This document shows positions 51,015 to 60,021 of a stretch of 64,000 nt of DNA, piece after piece (position 1 is the first letter of the stretch; each line of letters opens with the position of its first letter). This DNA is from a virus. The notes beneath the pieces were generated by a model, which did not search any database, was not told the origin of the DNA, and saw only the letters and a program-made list of their open reading frames with translations. The stretch spans positions 1 through 64,000 of the IMG/VR virus record IMGVR_UViG_3300024999_000040. The stretch is one strand, 5' to 3'. A program made the translations under genes and the position numbers.

Positions 51015-51617
51015 ATGAACGATAAAGCACATCGTATCTTATCAAGTGTAATGATTATTGATGCAGATACAAATAAAGAACAAGAAGTTAGAAATTTGGT
51101 AAGTGGTTTTCTAGTAGATAATATAATTTCAAATACAAAATTCGAAAATGTAAATACAAGTTTATTTGTAAAAGATACATCATTAAAACACTGGAAACCT
51201 AAGGCACATTTCACAAAAATATTTAATAACGAAATAGAATACGCAAAAGAACTTTATGGTTTGACAAGAACCGAAGTTCTTTTTTTATATTCACTTTCAC
51301 CTTATTTATTATGGGAAAATAATTTGTTGGTTGATGAAGAAGATGACCCACTTAATCAAAAAAGACTTGCTGAATTATTAGGAATAGAAAGAAAAACTGT
51401 TCAACGAAATATGAAAACCTTAGAAGAAAAGAAATGTATTTATAGCATCCCATATGAAAGGGATGTTTTTTATTTGGTTAATCCTAGTTTGATGTACGCA
51501 GGACAACAAATAAATATGATTATTCCTTCCCTATTTCGCGCATCAGGTTATGAACCTAGCGAAAGCATTAGAAGTAATAGAGATAAAGCAACTAAAAACA
51601 ATCAAATCAAGGCTTAG
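51015..51617 (+). CDS. RepL-like winged-helix replication/maintenance protein
   Basis: FTKIF, HTH LNQKRLAELLGIERKTV, YLVNPSLMYAG. Confidence 0.55.
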   Translation: MNDKAHRILSSVMIIDADTNKEQEVRNLVSGFLVDNIISNTKFENVNTSLFVKDTSLKHWKPKAHFTKIFNNEIEYAKELYGLTRTEVLFLYSLSPYLLWENNLLVDEEDDPLNQKRLAELLGIERKTVQRNMKTLEEKKCIYSIPYERDVFYLVNPSLMYAGQQINMIIPSLFRASGYEPSESIRSNRDKATKNNQIKA

Positions 51618-51730
51618 AAGGCGATTTTATGTACCTTTAATGTCTCATGAGGTGACGAGAAATCAAGGGTTTTAAACGCCATATGGGACATTTCACATTA
51701 TTAGAGAAAATGAAAATGGAGGAATTTTAA

Positions 51731-52450
51731 ATGAATACAAATATTATGGGAATTTACAAGATTACTAATATTACAAATAATAAAATATACATAGGTAGTA
51801 GTGTTGATATTCATGGCAGATGGTTACAGCATCAAAATCAACTAAACAAGAATAAACATTGTAATAATTATTTGCAAAATTCTTGGAAAAAGCATGGAAA
51901 GGATAATTTTAAATTTGAAGTTGTTGAACTTGTTTCAGATGAGGATTTATTATTTTCAGCAGAACAGAAATGGATTAACAAAACAAAATGTTACGATAGT
52001 AATTATGGCTATAACATTTCAATAGAAGCAAGCAGACCTAATTGTGGGGATGGAACAAATCGATTAAATGCTAATTTTGTATTTAGGAATAAAATTACTG
52101 ATATTGTTGATATGAAATTAGATAAAAATGAAAAACTTGTTTATTATGTTCTTAGAGATTTTGCACAACATCCCTCAAACTGTATAATGCTAAATAATAT
52201 TGTACCTTCTTTTAAGGAATTAGAACCATTAGTGTCTTTAACTGAAAGAACAATTAGGGATGCTTTGAAAACACTTGAACAGAAGAATTTATTAAAGTTG
52301 GTACAGTCTGGTCACAAGAAGGCTATATACATAAATCCAGAATATTATTCTACAGGTAAAGAACTTAACATAGATACATTAGACCTTTTTAATTTGGAGT
52401 TATATACTTATGAAGATGTTGAAAATTATAAGAAGAAAAACACTAATTGA
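51731..52450 (+). CDS. GIY-YIG endonuclease fused to a RepL-like wHTH domain
   Basis: GIYKITN...YIGSS...R...E...YN; C-terminal ERTIRDALKTL...YINPEY. Confidence 0.75.
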   Translation: MNTNIMGIYKITNITNNKIYIGSSVDIHGRWLQHQNQLNKNKHCNNYLQNSWKKHGKDNFKFEVVELVSDEDLLFSAEQKWINKTKCYDSNYGYNISIEASRPNCGDGTNRLNANFVFRNKITDIVDMKLDKNEKLVYYVLRDFAQHPSNCIMLNNIVPSFKELEPLVSLTERTIRDALKTLEQKNLLKLVQSGHKKAIYINPEYYSTGKELNIDTLDLFNLELYTYEDVENYKKKNTN

Positions 52451-52668
52451 ACAAATATAATAAAAGGAGGAAAAATCCAATGGCTCCAGCAAAACCAAGT
52501 AAAACAAATCCAGATGTAAAGCAAAAAAGTCAGAAAAGCATCCTAGTTACTTCAGATAAGTGTATTGCGTGTTTAGAGCAATGTGAAAAAGGTTTAGCGT
52601 ATATTCAGACAGTCAAGAAAAAGTTTGGTAGTGGCTGTGTTTGTTATAAACTAAAGGAAAATAAGTAA
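52447..52668 (+). CDS. Small Cys-containing hypothetical protein
   Basis: CxxC..C motif; likely start at ATG 52480 after AGGAGG. Confidence 0.45.
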   Translation: MNKYNKRRKNPMAPAKPSKTNPDVKQKSQKSILVTSDKCIACLEQCEKGLAYIQTVKKKFGSGCVCYKLKENK

Positions 52669-52695
52669 ACAAATATAATAAAAGGAAGTGAAATC

Positions 52696-52992
52696 ATGTT
52701 TAAGAAAATAATTGAATCTTTCAAAAAAACAACAACCTCTAAAAAACTCACAGCATTGATAGTTGCGTTTTGGATTATGGTAATTATAGCAGATATAATT
52801 ATCTATTTAATTACAGGCAATACAATTAATGTAGTGGTCGATTATGTAAATACTGCATTCCTAGTTATTTTAGGTTCATATTTTGGTAAGAGTTTGATTG
52901 AAAATGTAGCAAAAGGTATAGAGAACAATATTACATCCAAGGCTACAGATATACCTACAGAATCAACAGAAAATCAAGAGTCTCAAGGTTGA
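52696..52992 (+). CDS. Holin-like two-TM protein
   Basis: SKKL..., two TMs, YFGKS..EN motif; upstream of the lysin. Confidence 0.55.
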   Translation: MFKKIIESFKKTTTSKKLTALIVAFWIMVIIADIIIYLITGNTINVVVDYVNTAFLVILGSYFGKSLIENVAKGIENNITSKATDIPTESTENQESQG

Positions 52993-53006
52993 AGGAGATG
53001 ATTTAA

Positions 53007-53633
53007 TTGAAATATTACAAAGTATTTATTACACATGTTATAGAACTTGACCCATTAGAAATTCGTGCATCATTAGTTTCTGCTACAGGAAAATCAATTA
53101 TTAAGAAATTTAAAAATTTCATCAATTGTAATTTTTTCTCAGGTAGTAAAACAGTTGGTTGGTTAATATCTGAAGGCAAAGTTTTATCAGAAAGACATGA
53201 ATATAAAATATGGAAAGGGAATCCAAAAGGCAGTTTGATAGTCTACAAAGATGGTTCAGTTTTCGTAGGTTGGAAATATGATTCAGAAATTGTAGCTGAA
53301 CTTGATAAGATATGGTTCTGTTGTCAAGGGTTTAACTTATTCCCTACTGGTATGGATGTAATTTCTGGAATAAAGAAAGAGGGATTTGACCCTAATCAGG
53401 TAGGTTATACAACGAACAGAATTGCTATTGGCTATAATAAGGTTACTAATAAAATAGTAATTACTGTAAGACCTTCTAGTAATGCTCAAAGGGCTGTTTC
53501 TACTATGAAAAACTTAGGTTGTGATGGTAATGCCATATGCCTTGACAGTGGAGGAAGCGTCAATTTAGGATTATTAGGGAAGTTGATATTTTCAACGTCT
53601 AGGAGATTAACAAACATCTTATGGTGGAATTAA
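53007..53633 (+). CDS. Phosphodiester glycosidase (NAGPA/DUF2233-like) protein
   Basis: INCNFF, RIAIGY, AICLDSGGS motifs. Confidence 0.7.
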   Translation: MKYYKVFITHVIELDPLEIRASLVSATGKSIIKKFKNFINCNFFSGSKTVGWLISEGKVLSERHEYKIWKGNPKGSLIVYKDGSVFVGWKYDSEIVAELDKIWFCCQGFNLFPTGMDVISGIKKEGFDPNQVGYTTNRIAIGYNKVTNKIVITVRPSSNAQRAVSTMKNLGCDGNAICLDSGGSVNLGLLGKLIFSTSRRLTNILWWN

Positions 53634-54580
53634 AGGAAGTGAAAAATATGGTAAAAATAAATGAACAACTAATTCCTGTAGGTCATCCAAATAGAGCAGG
53701 AACAAAAACAATTCCTATAGCTGTGATTGTACATTATACAGCTAATGATGCACCTTCCGCAACAGATACAGCAAACGCTAATTATTTTGCAAGAAAGTAT
53801 ATTGTCAAAAATGGAGTTATATATGAATCAAATGGTATTGATAAATTTAGATATGGTTCTACTCAATGGATTATAGATCAAGATAGTGCGACATTAGTAA
53901 TCCCTCAAAATGAAGTGTCATGGGGTTGCGGAGATAGGCAGTTACCTTATAACAATGGATATAAGGGGCAAACAAAAATAGCATATGATATATTTAATCA
54001 TAAACAGAATTATTTAACTATTAATTATGAAATTTGTAATAATGATACCATTAAAAATTCTAATGCTGATTGGCAAATGGCTTGTAACAATGCTATAGAG
54101 ATTATTGCACAAGATATGATTAAATATAATATTCCTATAGATAGAATTTATAAGCACCAAGATTTATCAGGTAAGATATGTCCAAAACCATTTATTGATA
54201 ATCCTAAATCATGGGAAGATTTCAAAAACAGAATCATAAATAAAATAAATAATAAGCAAGAAGGAAGTGAATCAGAAGTGATAATGGATAAAGTTTATAC
54301 TTGTAAAAGAATAGTAACTACTACATTAAATGTTAGAACTTCACCTAGTACAGATGGAAAAATTCTTGGACAATTTAAGGCCGATGAAGTCATTGTATGT
54401 ACAGGTGAAGTTGGTAATGGTTGGATAAGAGTTGTCTATCAAGATCAGGATGGATTTTGCTCAGAAAAGTATACAAATCCATTTATAGAACTAGATTATA
54501 AATCTAAGTGTGAACAATTAAGTAAAGATAATAATGCACTCACAAGTAAATTGAATGCCATTAAAAATATTTTAGATTAG
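53621..54580 (+). CDS. Endolysin: N-acetylmuramoyl-L-alanine amidase (Amidase_2) plus SH3b (likely start ATG 53648)
   Basis: IVHYTAN, YEIC, H.D.SGKICP; LNVRTSPST...GWIRV SH3b. Confidence 0.85.
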   Translation: MVELKEVKNMVKINEQLIPVGHPNRAGTKTIPIAVIVHYTANDAPSATDTANANYFARKYIVKNGVIYESNGIDKFRYGSTQWIIDQDSATLVIPQNEVSWGCGDRQLPYNNGYKGQTKIAYDIFNHKQNYLTINYEICNNDTIKNSNADWQMACNNAIEIIAQDMIKYNIPIDRIYKHQDLSGKICPKPFIDNPKSWEDFKNRIINKINNKQEGSESEVIMDKVYTCKRIVTTTLNVRTSPSTDGKILGQFKADEVIVCTGEVGNGWIRVVYQDQDGFCSEKYTNPFIELDYKSKCEQLSKDNNALTSKLNAIKNILD

Positions 54581-54591
54581 GATGTGATTGT

Positions 54592-54807
54592 ATGTTCAAT
54601 ATAACACATCCAAAGTACTCAAATATCACTTGGAGAAGCGAAGAAAACCAGAAAAGGATAAATACAATTATGTTAATTATGAACTACATCAATCGTGATG
54701 TAAACGATTTAGAATTCATGAAGGATAAAAGTGATTCTGAAAAGGCTGTACTTCAAGAATATATAACAATTCTCAGAAATTTACTTATCGAAGAAATGTC
54801 AGTATAA
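54592..54807 (+). CDS. Hypothetical protein
   Basis: 71-aa ORF after the lysin. Confidence 0.45.
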   Translation: MFNITHPKYSNITWRSEENQKRINTIMLIMNYINRDVNDLEFMKDKSDSEKAVLQEYITILRNLLIEEMSV

Positions 54808-54939
54808 AAACCAAATAAAATAGATTTTTTATTTGTTTTGGTTTTAGTATAGGTTTTGGTATGTACAAACATTAAGTCCATATTCTTGTATGAACTATAA
54901 ATAAAAAATAAGGTTAAATTAAGAAAGGTTAGGTGTATC

Positions 54940-55317
54940 ATGGACGTATTATTACAGTTAGGAATTTATTTGGCAATTGCAATTGGTATAGCAGGAATCG
55001 CTATAGTTGGAATTTGGTTAAGACGAAGATTCAATATCAAGGACTCTGAGATAGAATTAGCAAAATTAATACTTCAGGTAGTTGATTTAATTGTTGCTAA
55101 AGGGAACGTAAAATATAAGGGAGAGATTTCAGTTGTTATCAATTACGTAATCGAAGGAATAAAATTTGTCAATGAATTTGAGCAGGTAGATTCTATTCAT
55201 CAACAGAAAGAATTAGTTGCTGAAAAGGCACTTAGTATATGTGAAGAAAATGGAATAACTCCAGATCAGGCAGTAGTAGAATTAATAGACCAGGTGATAG
55301 AATATTTTATTAAATAA
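54940..55317 (+). CDS. Holin-like protein (single N-terminal TM)
   Basis: TM followed by a helical domain (VNEFEQ...KELV); last gene before a bidirectional terminator. Confidence 0.5.
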   Translation: MDVLLQLGIYLAIAIGIAGIAIVGIWLRRRFNIKDSEIELAKLILQVVDLIVAKGNVKYKGEISVVINYVIEGIKFVNEFEQVDSIHQQKELVAEKALSICEENGITPDQAVVELIDQVIEYFIK

Positions 55318-55326
55318 ACAAATATA

Positions 55327-55371
55327 ATAGGGATACAAGAATATTAAATTATTCTGTATCCCTATTTTTTT
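55327..55371. terminator. Bidirectional terminator between lysis module and integrase
   Basis: ATAGGGATACA...TGTATCCCTAT hairpin followed by a T run. Confidence 0.7.
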
Positions 55372-55389
55372 ACGTTTTTATTTTACCAA

Positions 55390-56595
55390 TTACATATCAT
55401 CCAATAAATCAATAGCCTTATTTTTTTGTTCTTGAATTAAATGTATATATGTTTCATAAGTTATTCTCACATCTGCATGACCTAACAATTCACTTACGGT
55501 TTTTACATCTATTCCTTTTTTAAAAAGCATGGAAGCAAAAGTATGTCTTAATACATGAAGTCCTTTATGCTTAATCCCTGCTCTCTCTAAAATAGCATCA
55601 AAAGTATTTTGTAAATTCCTTGGTCTTATTGGTGTATTATTGTTTGTAAAAAATATATAGCTATCTGGTGTATAATGATACATCTTATTAAGTTCTATAA
55701 GAGCATTTAAAGCCTTTTTACTTAACTGTATTGATCTATTTCCTTTTGGGGTTTTTGTGGTATCTTGGTGAACCATAATATTTTTGGGAGATGATTCATC
55801 TTTTCGTTTTCTATTTTTGGTTATAATGATACTGTTCTTCACATTTATTCTTTTATTTTCGATATCAACATCTAACCATCTTAATGCTAATGCTTCAGAC
55901 ATTCTTACACCGATATAGAGCATTAATATAAATCCATATCCTTTTTTAAATATGAATTCGTTATTATTATATTTTGTCAAACATACTTCTTCAAATTTTT
56001 CTTTTTCATTATCAGTAAATATTTCAATCTCTTTCTTTTTAAATTTAGAAGAAGAAGGTTTGGTTACTGTATTAACAGGATTAAATATTACCTTTCTATT
56101 GTCAGCAGCATATTTCATACAAGCATTGATGGCATCATAAGCTTTTTTTATTGATGAGTAAGACTTTCCATCTTCCACCATTTTATTGATTAATTCTTCC
56201 TGTATAACAGGTGCTGTAAGTTTATTTAATTCATAATGTCCAATATTTGGTATTATATGATTATTAATGGTTGATTCTAATCTATCATATGATAATGGTT
56301 TAAGATCATTTGTTTTTGTTAATTTTAGCCAACTTAAAATATAATCTTTTAAAGTATCGTTTGCTAAGTTATCTAATCCTTGAGATTGTAATAAATGATA
56401 TTCTTTTAATTTTGCCACAACTTCTTTTCGTTCTTTTCCATAAAAAGTTTTAATGATAGGTGTTCCTGATTCAGAAGTACCAGTTTGAATTTTTGCACAC
56501 CAACGATCATCTTTTCTTTGGAATATACTTCCTTCTCCATTTCCTCTCCTAGTATTTTTCTTTTCTTTTATTGTTTTTTCCTTCATTATTTTCAC
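55390..56595 (-). CDS. int: Phage integrase (tyrosine recombinase)
   Basis: RRGNGEGSI arm-binding start; GVRMSE, TKT, HVLRH, LLGH...TYETY. Confidence 0.9.
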   Translation of the reverse strand: MKIMKEKTIKEKKNTRRGNGEGSIFQRKDDRWCAKIQTGTSESGTPIIKTFYGKERKEVVAKLKEYHLLQSQGLDNLANDTLKDYILSWLKLTKTNDLKPLSYDRLESTINNHIIPNIGHYELNKLTAPVIQEELINKMVEDGKSYSSIKKAYDAINACMKYAADNRKVIFNPVNTVTKPSSSKFKKKEIEIFTDNEKEKFEEVCLTKYNNNEFIFKKGYGFILMLYIGVRMSEALALRWLDVDIENKRINVKNSIIITKNRKRKDESSPKNIMVHQDTTKTPKGNRSIQLSKKALNALIELNKMYHYTPDSYIFFTNNNTPIRPRNLQNTFDAILERAGIKHKGLHVLRHTFASMLFKKGIDVKTVSELLGHADVRITYETYIHLIQEQKNKAIDLLDDM

Positions 56596-56638
56596 CTCAT
56601 GAAAATTATAACATGAGGTATATTTTTAATCAAGGTTT

Positions 56639-56930
56639 ATACACCAATTTTGACACCAATACCGTTATAAAACTATATAAAAACTTGTAAATGGTTGTAA
56701 AGTAAAAGGGAGTTTAGAGTATATATTTAAGCAATAAAAAACCCACAAACCGCTTATATCAAGCAACTTGTGGGTCGTTTATTTTGGAGGCGCCACCCAG
56801 ATTCGGACTGGGGATAAAGGTTTTGCAGACCTCATATCATAAGTCTTGTAAGTATTGATACATAATGGTTATAAGGTTTATGATGAAATACTTGACACTA
56901 ATTGTACACTAATTCTTATTTTTGACACTA
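56639..56930 (-). other. attP: 49-bp core equal to the 3' half of tRNA-Cys(GCA) (56785-56833) flanked by arm-type repeats
   Basis: Minus strand reads GAGGTCTGCAAAACCTTTATCCCCAGTCCGAATCTGGGTGGCGCCTCCA with no 5' half; ACAC(C/T)AAT repeats on both sides. Confidence 0.8.
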
Positions 56931-57134
56931 TTTATTACACCAAAACTTTTCTGCTTGTTTATTAAACCATTCATCAACCTTGTTCTCTATTATATAGTAT
57001 TTACCACCAATTTTTAAAGCAGGAAAATCTTTGCGTTTAGCCAAAGCACGAACAGCATGTATTCCTATAATTTCTTTTTTATCTTTATTTAGATATTCAT
57101 ATAACTTCTGTGGGGTTATTAATATATTTTCCAT
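56928..57134 (-). CDS. Excisionase-like HTH protein
   Basis: IGIHAVRALAKRKDFPALKIGGKYYI...DEW; adjacent to attP. Confidence 0.7.
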   Translation of the reverse strand: MENILITPQKLYEYLNKDKKEIIGIHAVRALAKRKDFPALKIGGKYYIIENKVDEWFNKQAEKFWCNK

Positions 57135-57181
57135 GGTTTTGTCCTTATCTATGTATAATATATTTGTATCGTAGATATCAT

Positions 57182-57433
57182 TTAAAAATTAAATGCTTTT
57201 GCAAAAGCGTCAAGATCATCAATAATAAACAAGTCACTACTCCAATTCCCAGGCCAAACAGCATATAATGTTGTATCTTTTTTTACTGCTCGTAAATAAG
57301 ATTCAAAAACTCCTTGTTTATCAGACTTATTTTTATGATGAATATGATTTGTATTACCCTGTTTATCGACCTCAAAGTAACAAACTGTTTTCATATTATA
57401 TGGAAAATTATCTGATTCCTTTGCACTTCTCAT
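57182..57433 (-). CDS. Hypothetical protein
   Basis: RBS GGAG; YAVWPGNWSSDLF motif. Confidence 0.55.
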   Translation of the reverse strand: MRSAKESDNFPYNMKTVCYFEVDKQGNTNHIHHKNKSDKQGVFESYLRAVKKDTTLYAVWPGNWSSDLFIIDDLDAFAKAFNF

Positions 57434-57487
57434 TTTATTTTATCTCCTTTATTATATTTACTCGCTTTACCCCATAAAATTGGCTTT

Positions 57488-57898
57488 TTATTGTCTTATA
57501 TCTCTCGGTTTTTTAATTTCAATTTTCATTGATTCATCTTGATTCTTTCTTACTGTCTGCCATGAATTGGATTGATCATTTTTATAATTCCAAGGAACAT
57601 AGAAAGTAAAATTAGAGTTGTCTTCATAACAAATAGCTACAGCAGTAATATCTCCACCTGTAAATATTCTTTCGGAAAATGGCTTGCTCCATTCCCAATA
57701 TGCTTTTATATCCTTTAAATTCTTAACAGATAATAAAAAACTATAAGCTCTAAGAGATGTAGAACAATCACCATAATCACCTTGAATATAGTATTTTTTT
57801 TTAAATCCATCAACATTCATTCTGTCTATACATTTAGCAGGTATTATATAATACTCAGAATTTTCTAATGTAACCTCAATACATTTAAATTTTTTCAT
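57488..57898 (-). CDS. Hypothetical protein (single-gene cassette)
   Basis: RBS AAGGAG; bracketed by palindromic sites at 57474 and 57940. Confidence 0.6.
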   Translation of the reverse strand: MKKFKCIEVTLENSEYYIIPAKCIDRMNVDGFKKKYYIQGDYGDCSTSLRAYSFLLSVKNLKDIKAYWEWSKPFSERIFTGGDITAVAICYEDNSNFTFYVPWNYKNDQSNSWQTVRKNQDESMKIEIKKPRDIRQ

Positions 57899-57963
57899 AT
57901 TTTCTCCTTTAATTATTATATTTATTTTATTTACACACTATAAAAATTGATTTTTATTGGGTT

Positions 57964-59994
57964 TTATTCAAACTTACTTATATCTAAACCTATATCTTCA
58001 TTGTAGTTTATATAGCAAATATCATTATTATCTATTAATCCCTTTTGTTTTAACTTGTAATATTGTCCTTTGCTTAAATTTACAGTCAGACTATTTGCAG
58101 TTAAATAATCATTATTAGCAATATAGGTATCATATTCGTTTTTTAGATTGATACATATTACTGAATAATTATCTCCTTCAATCATTTTGTCACTATAATT
58201 CTTATCATAATGAGATACTTTATATTCATTTATAACTGAATTAACATATAAATTTGCATATTTATTATAAGTTTCAATATCCATATTTTGATATACATGA
58301 TTTAAATATTCTTGTACTTTATTTTCATTAAGGATATCAATGTTTTGTATAGTTTTACAGGTATTGTTTAATATTTCTTTATCGTAAAATGGTATATTTT
58401 TGTAATCACAATTATATATGTATATATTTTTGATATCAGTTACTATTCTTTTTCTATTTACCCTTCCAAATCTTTGAATTAATGAATCTATAGGAGCAAT
58501 TTCTGTATATAATTCATCATAATCTATATTTAAACTCACTTCTAATGCTTGGGTTCCTATAAGTAATTTTATATTGTTTGATTTATCGTATAATTCTTTT
58601 TCTATCCTTTCTCTACTTCGAGCATTAAATTTACCATGTAACATCTTAATATTTATCTTATTATGAATACAAAATTTTTCAAAATAGTAATAAGTGTCAA
58701 TAGCTTTCTGTACTGTATTAACACATATCAATACTTTTTTATTTGTGCTTAATAATTGATTTTTTATATGTTCAAAATCATTTTCTATAAAATAATTTTT
58801 ATAATGCAATTTATGTCTTTGTATATAGTTCTCTTTTATTGTAGGAGATATTATCTTATATATACTTAGTTTATTTTGAATTAAATCTATTAATGGTTGC
58901 GGTATACTTGCACTCATGATACATATACTAATATTATAGTTATCTTTTAAATATTTTAAACTCTCTAATATATAACAAAGAGTTTTGGTATCAAAAGCAT
59001 GTATTTCATCAATTATAAAAATAGAATTTTCAAACATAGATAATATCATTTCACTAAATTTACAATTAAAGAATGCTTTAACTATTTGAAATATTGTACA
59101 TACTGTAACTTGTTTAATTAAGTTTTTAAATGTTTGATATTCTTGTTTTACATTTATATTATCTAATTCTTTTGATAAAAAATATTCAGCTTTACTATGT
59201 AACATTCCAACATCTATTCCTTCATTTTTTAATCTTGTATACATAGCATTTATACTCGCTGTAAAAGGCAATATATAATATATTCTTCTACTCTTTGTTT
59301 GATTTTGAATAGAATTAGACCAAAATAAACTTGCTTCTGTTTTCCCTAGTCCTGTACGACCTATTAACAAACAATCTTCTTTAGTTTGTTTGCAAACCTG
59401 TTGCATTGAATTATATGAATCAAATTTAAATATTTCTGTAGTATTTAATCCAGTACTTATTTTAGTAATATTAGCTGATGCTAAATGGTCACATTGATTC
59501 AATATTCCTTTATGTAATATAGCTTGTTTAGATTTTAATAATTCCTCATTCTTTATGTATTCTAATATTTTAGGTTTAATATCTAAAGTGTCTATATTAT
59601 CTGATTTACTTTTAAAATTTTCTAGTTCTTGTTGATATGATTTTTCCTGTCTAGGAGTTTGTATTAATCCATATAAGTCATTTAATGTTTTATGGTGTGT
59701 AATAATACTTAACCTTTGAATTTCAGTTAAATCAATTAAACTAGCACTTAATATTTCATGTCTACATTTTCTAAATTTAGAAGTAATATTCTCTTGAAAA
59801 TCATCAGTTATTTTACCTATATCATGATAAAGAATTGATTTTCTTAACAACAAATATTCTTTATGAGATAAATTGAGTATAGTTTTCAATTGTTTTAATA
59901 CTTTGAATAATTTTTTATTGTGTTCAAATATAGTTTCATTATTTGATTTAGCTTTGTATTTTTTAAGTATCTTATTAACTTGTTGTGTTTTCAT
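57964..59994 (-). CDS. cas3: CRISPR-associated HD nuclease/helicase Cas3
   Basis: H...HDIGK...HH...D HD domain; TGLGKT, DEIH, SAS, QRFGRVNR; ATG 59994 after AAGGAG. Confidence 0.92.
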   Translation of the reverse strand: MKTQQVNKILKKYKAKSNNETIFEHNKKLFKVLKQLKTILNLSHKEYLLLRKSILYHDIGKITDDFQENITSKFRKCRHEILSASLIDLTEIQRLSIITHHKTLNDLYGLIQTPRQEKSYQQELENFKSKSDNIDTLDIKPKILEYIKNEELLKSKQAILHKGILNQCDHLASANITKISTGLNTTEIFKFDSYNSMQQVCKQTKEDCLLIGRTGLGKTEASLFWSNSIQNQTKSRRIYYILPFTASINAMYTRLKNEGIDVGMLHSKAEYFLSKELDNINVKQEYQTFKNLIKQVTVCTIFQIVKAFFNCKFSEMILSMFENSIFIIDEIHAFDTKTLCYILESLKYLKDNYNISICIMSASIPQPLIDLIQNKLSIYKIISPTIKENYIQRHKLHYKNYFIENDFEHIKNQLLSTNKKVLICVNTVQKAIDTYYYFEKFCIHNKINIKMLHGKFNARSRERIEKELYDKSNNIKLLIGTQALEVSLNIDYDELYTEIAPIDSLIQRFGRVNRKRIVTDIKNIYIYNCDYKNIPFYDKEILNNTCKTIQNIDILNENKVQEYLNHVYQNMDIETYNKYANLYVNSVINEYKVSHYDKNYSDKMIEGDNYSVICINLKNEYDTYIANNDYLTANSLTVNLSKGQYYKLKQKGLIDNNDICYINYNEDIGLDISKFE

Positions 59995-60021
59995 AGTTCT
60001 CCTTTTCATTAACAAAAAATA

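Noticed and set aside
56785-56833. Intact tRNA-Cys gene
   Set aside because: Only the anticodon arm to CCA is present; the 5' acceptor strand and D-arm are missing, so it is treated as the attP core.
1182-57477. Short antisense or alternate-frame ORFs in the track (e.g. 1182-1616, 11896-12444, 20433-20912, 25993-26208, 26281-26553, 41957-43027, 48311-48601)
   Set aside because: They are shadows of longer motif-bearing genes or of structured RNA, with no RBS or recognisable domains.
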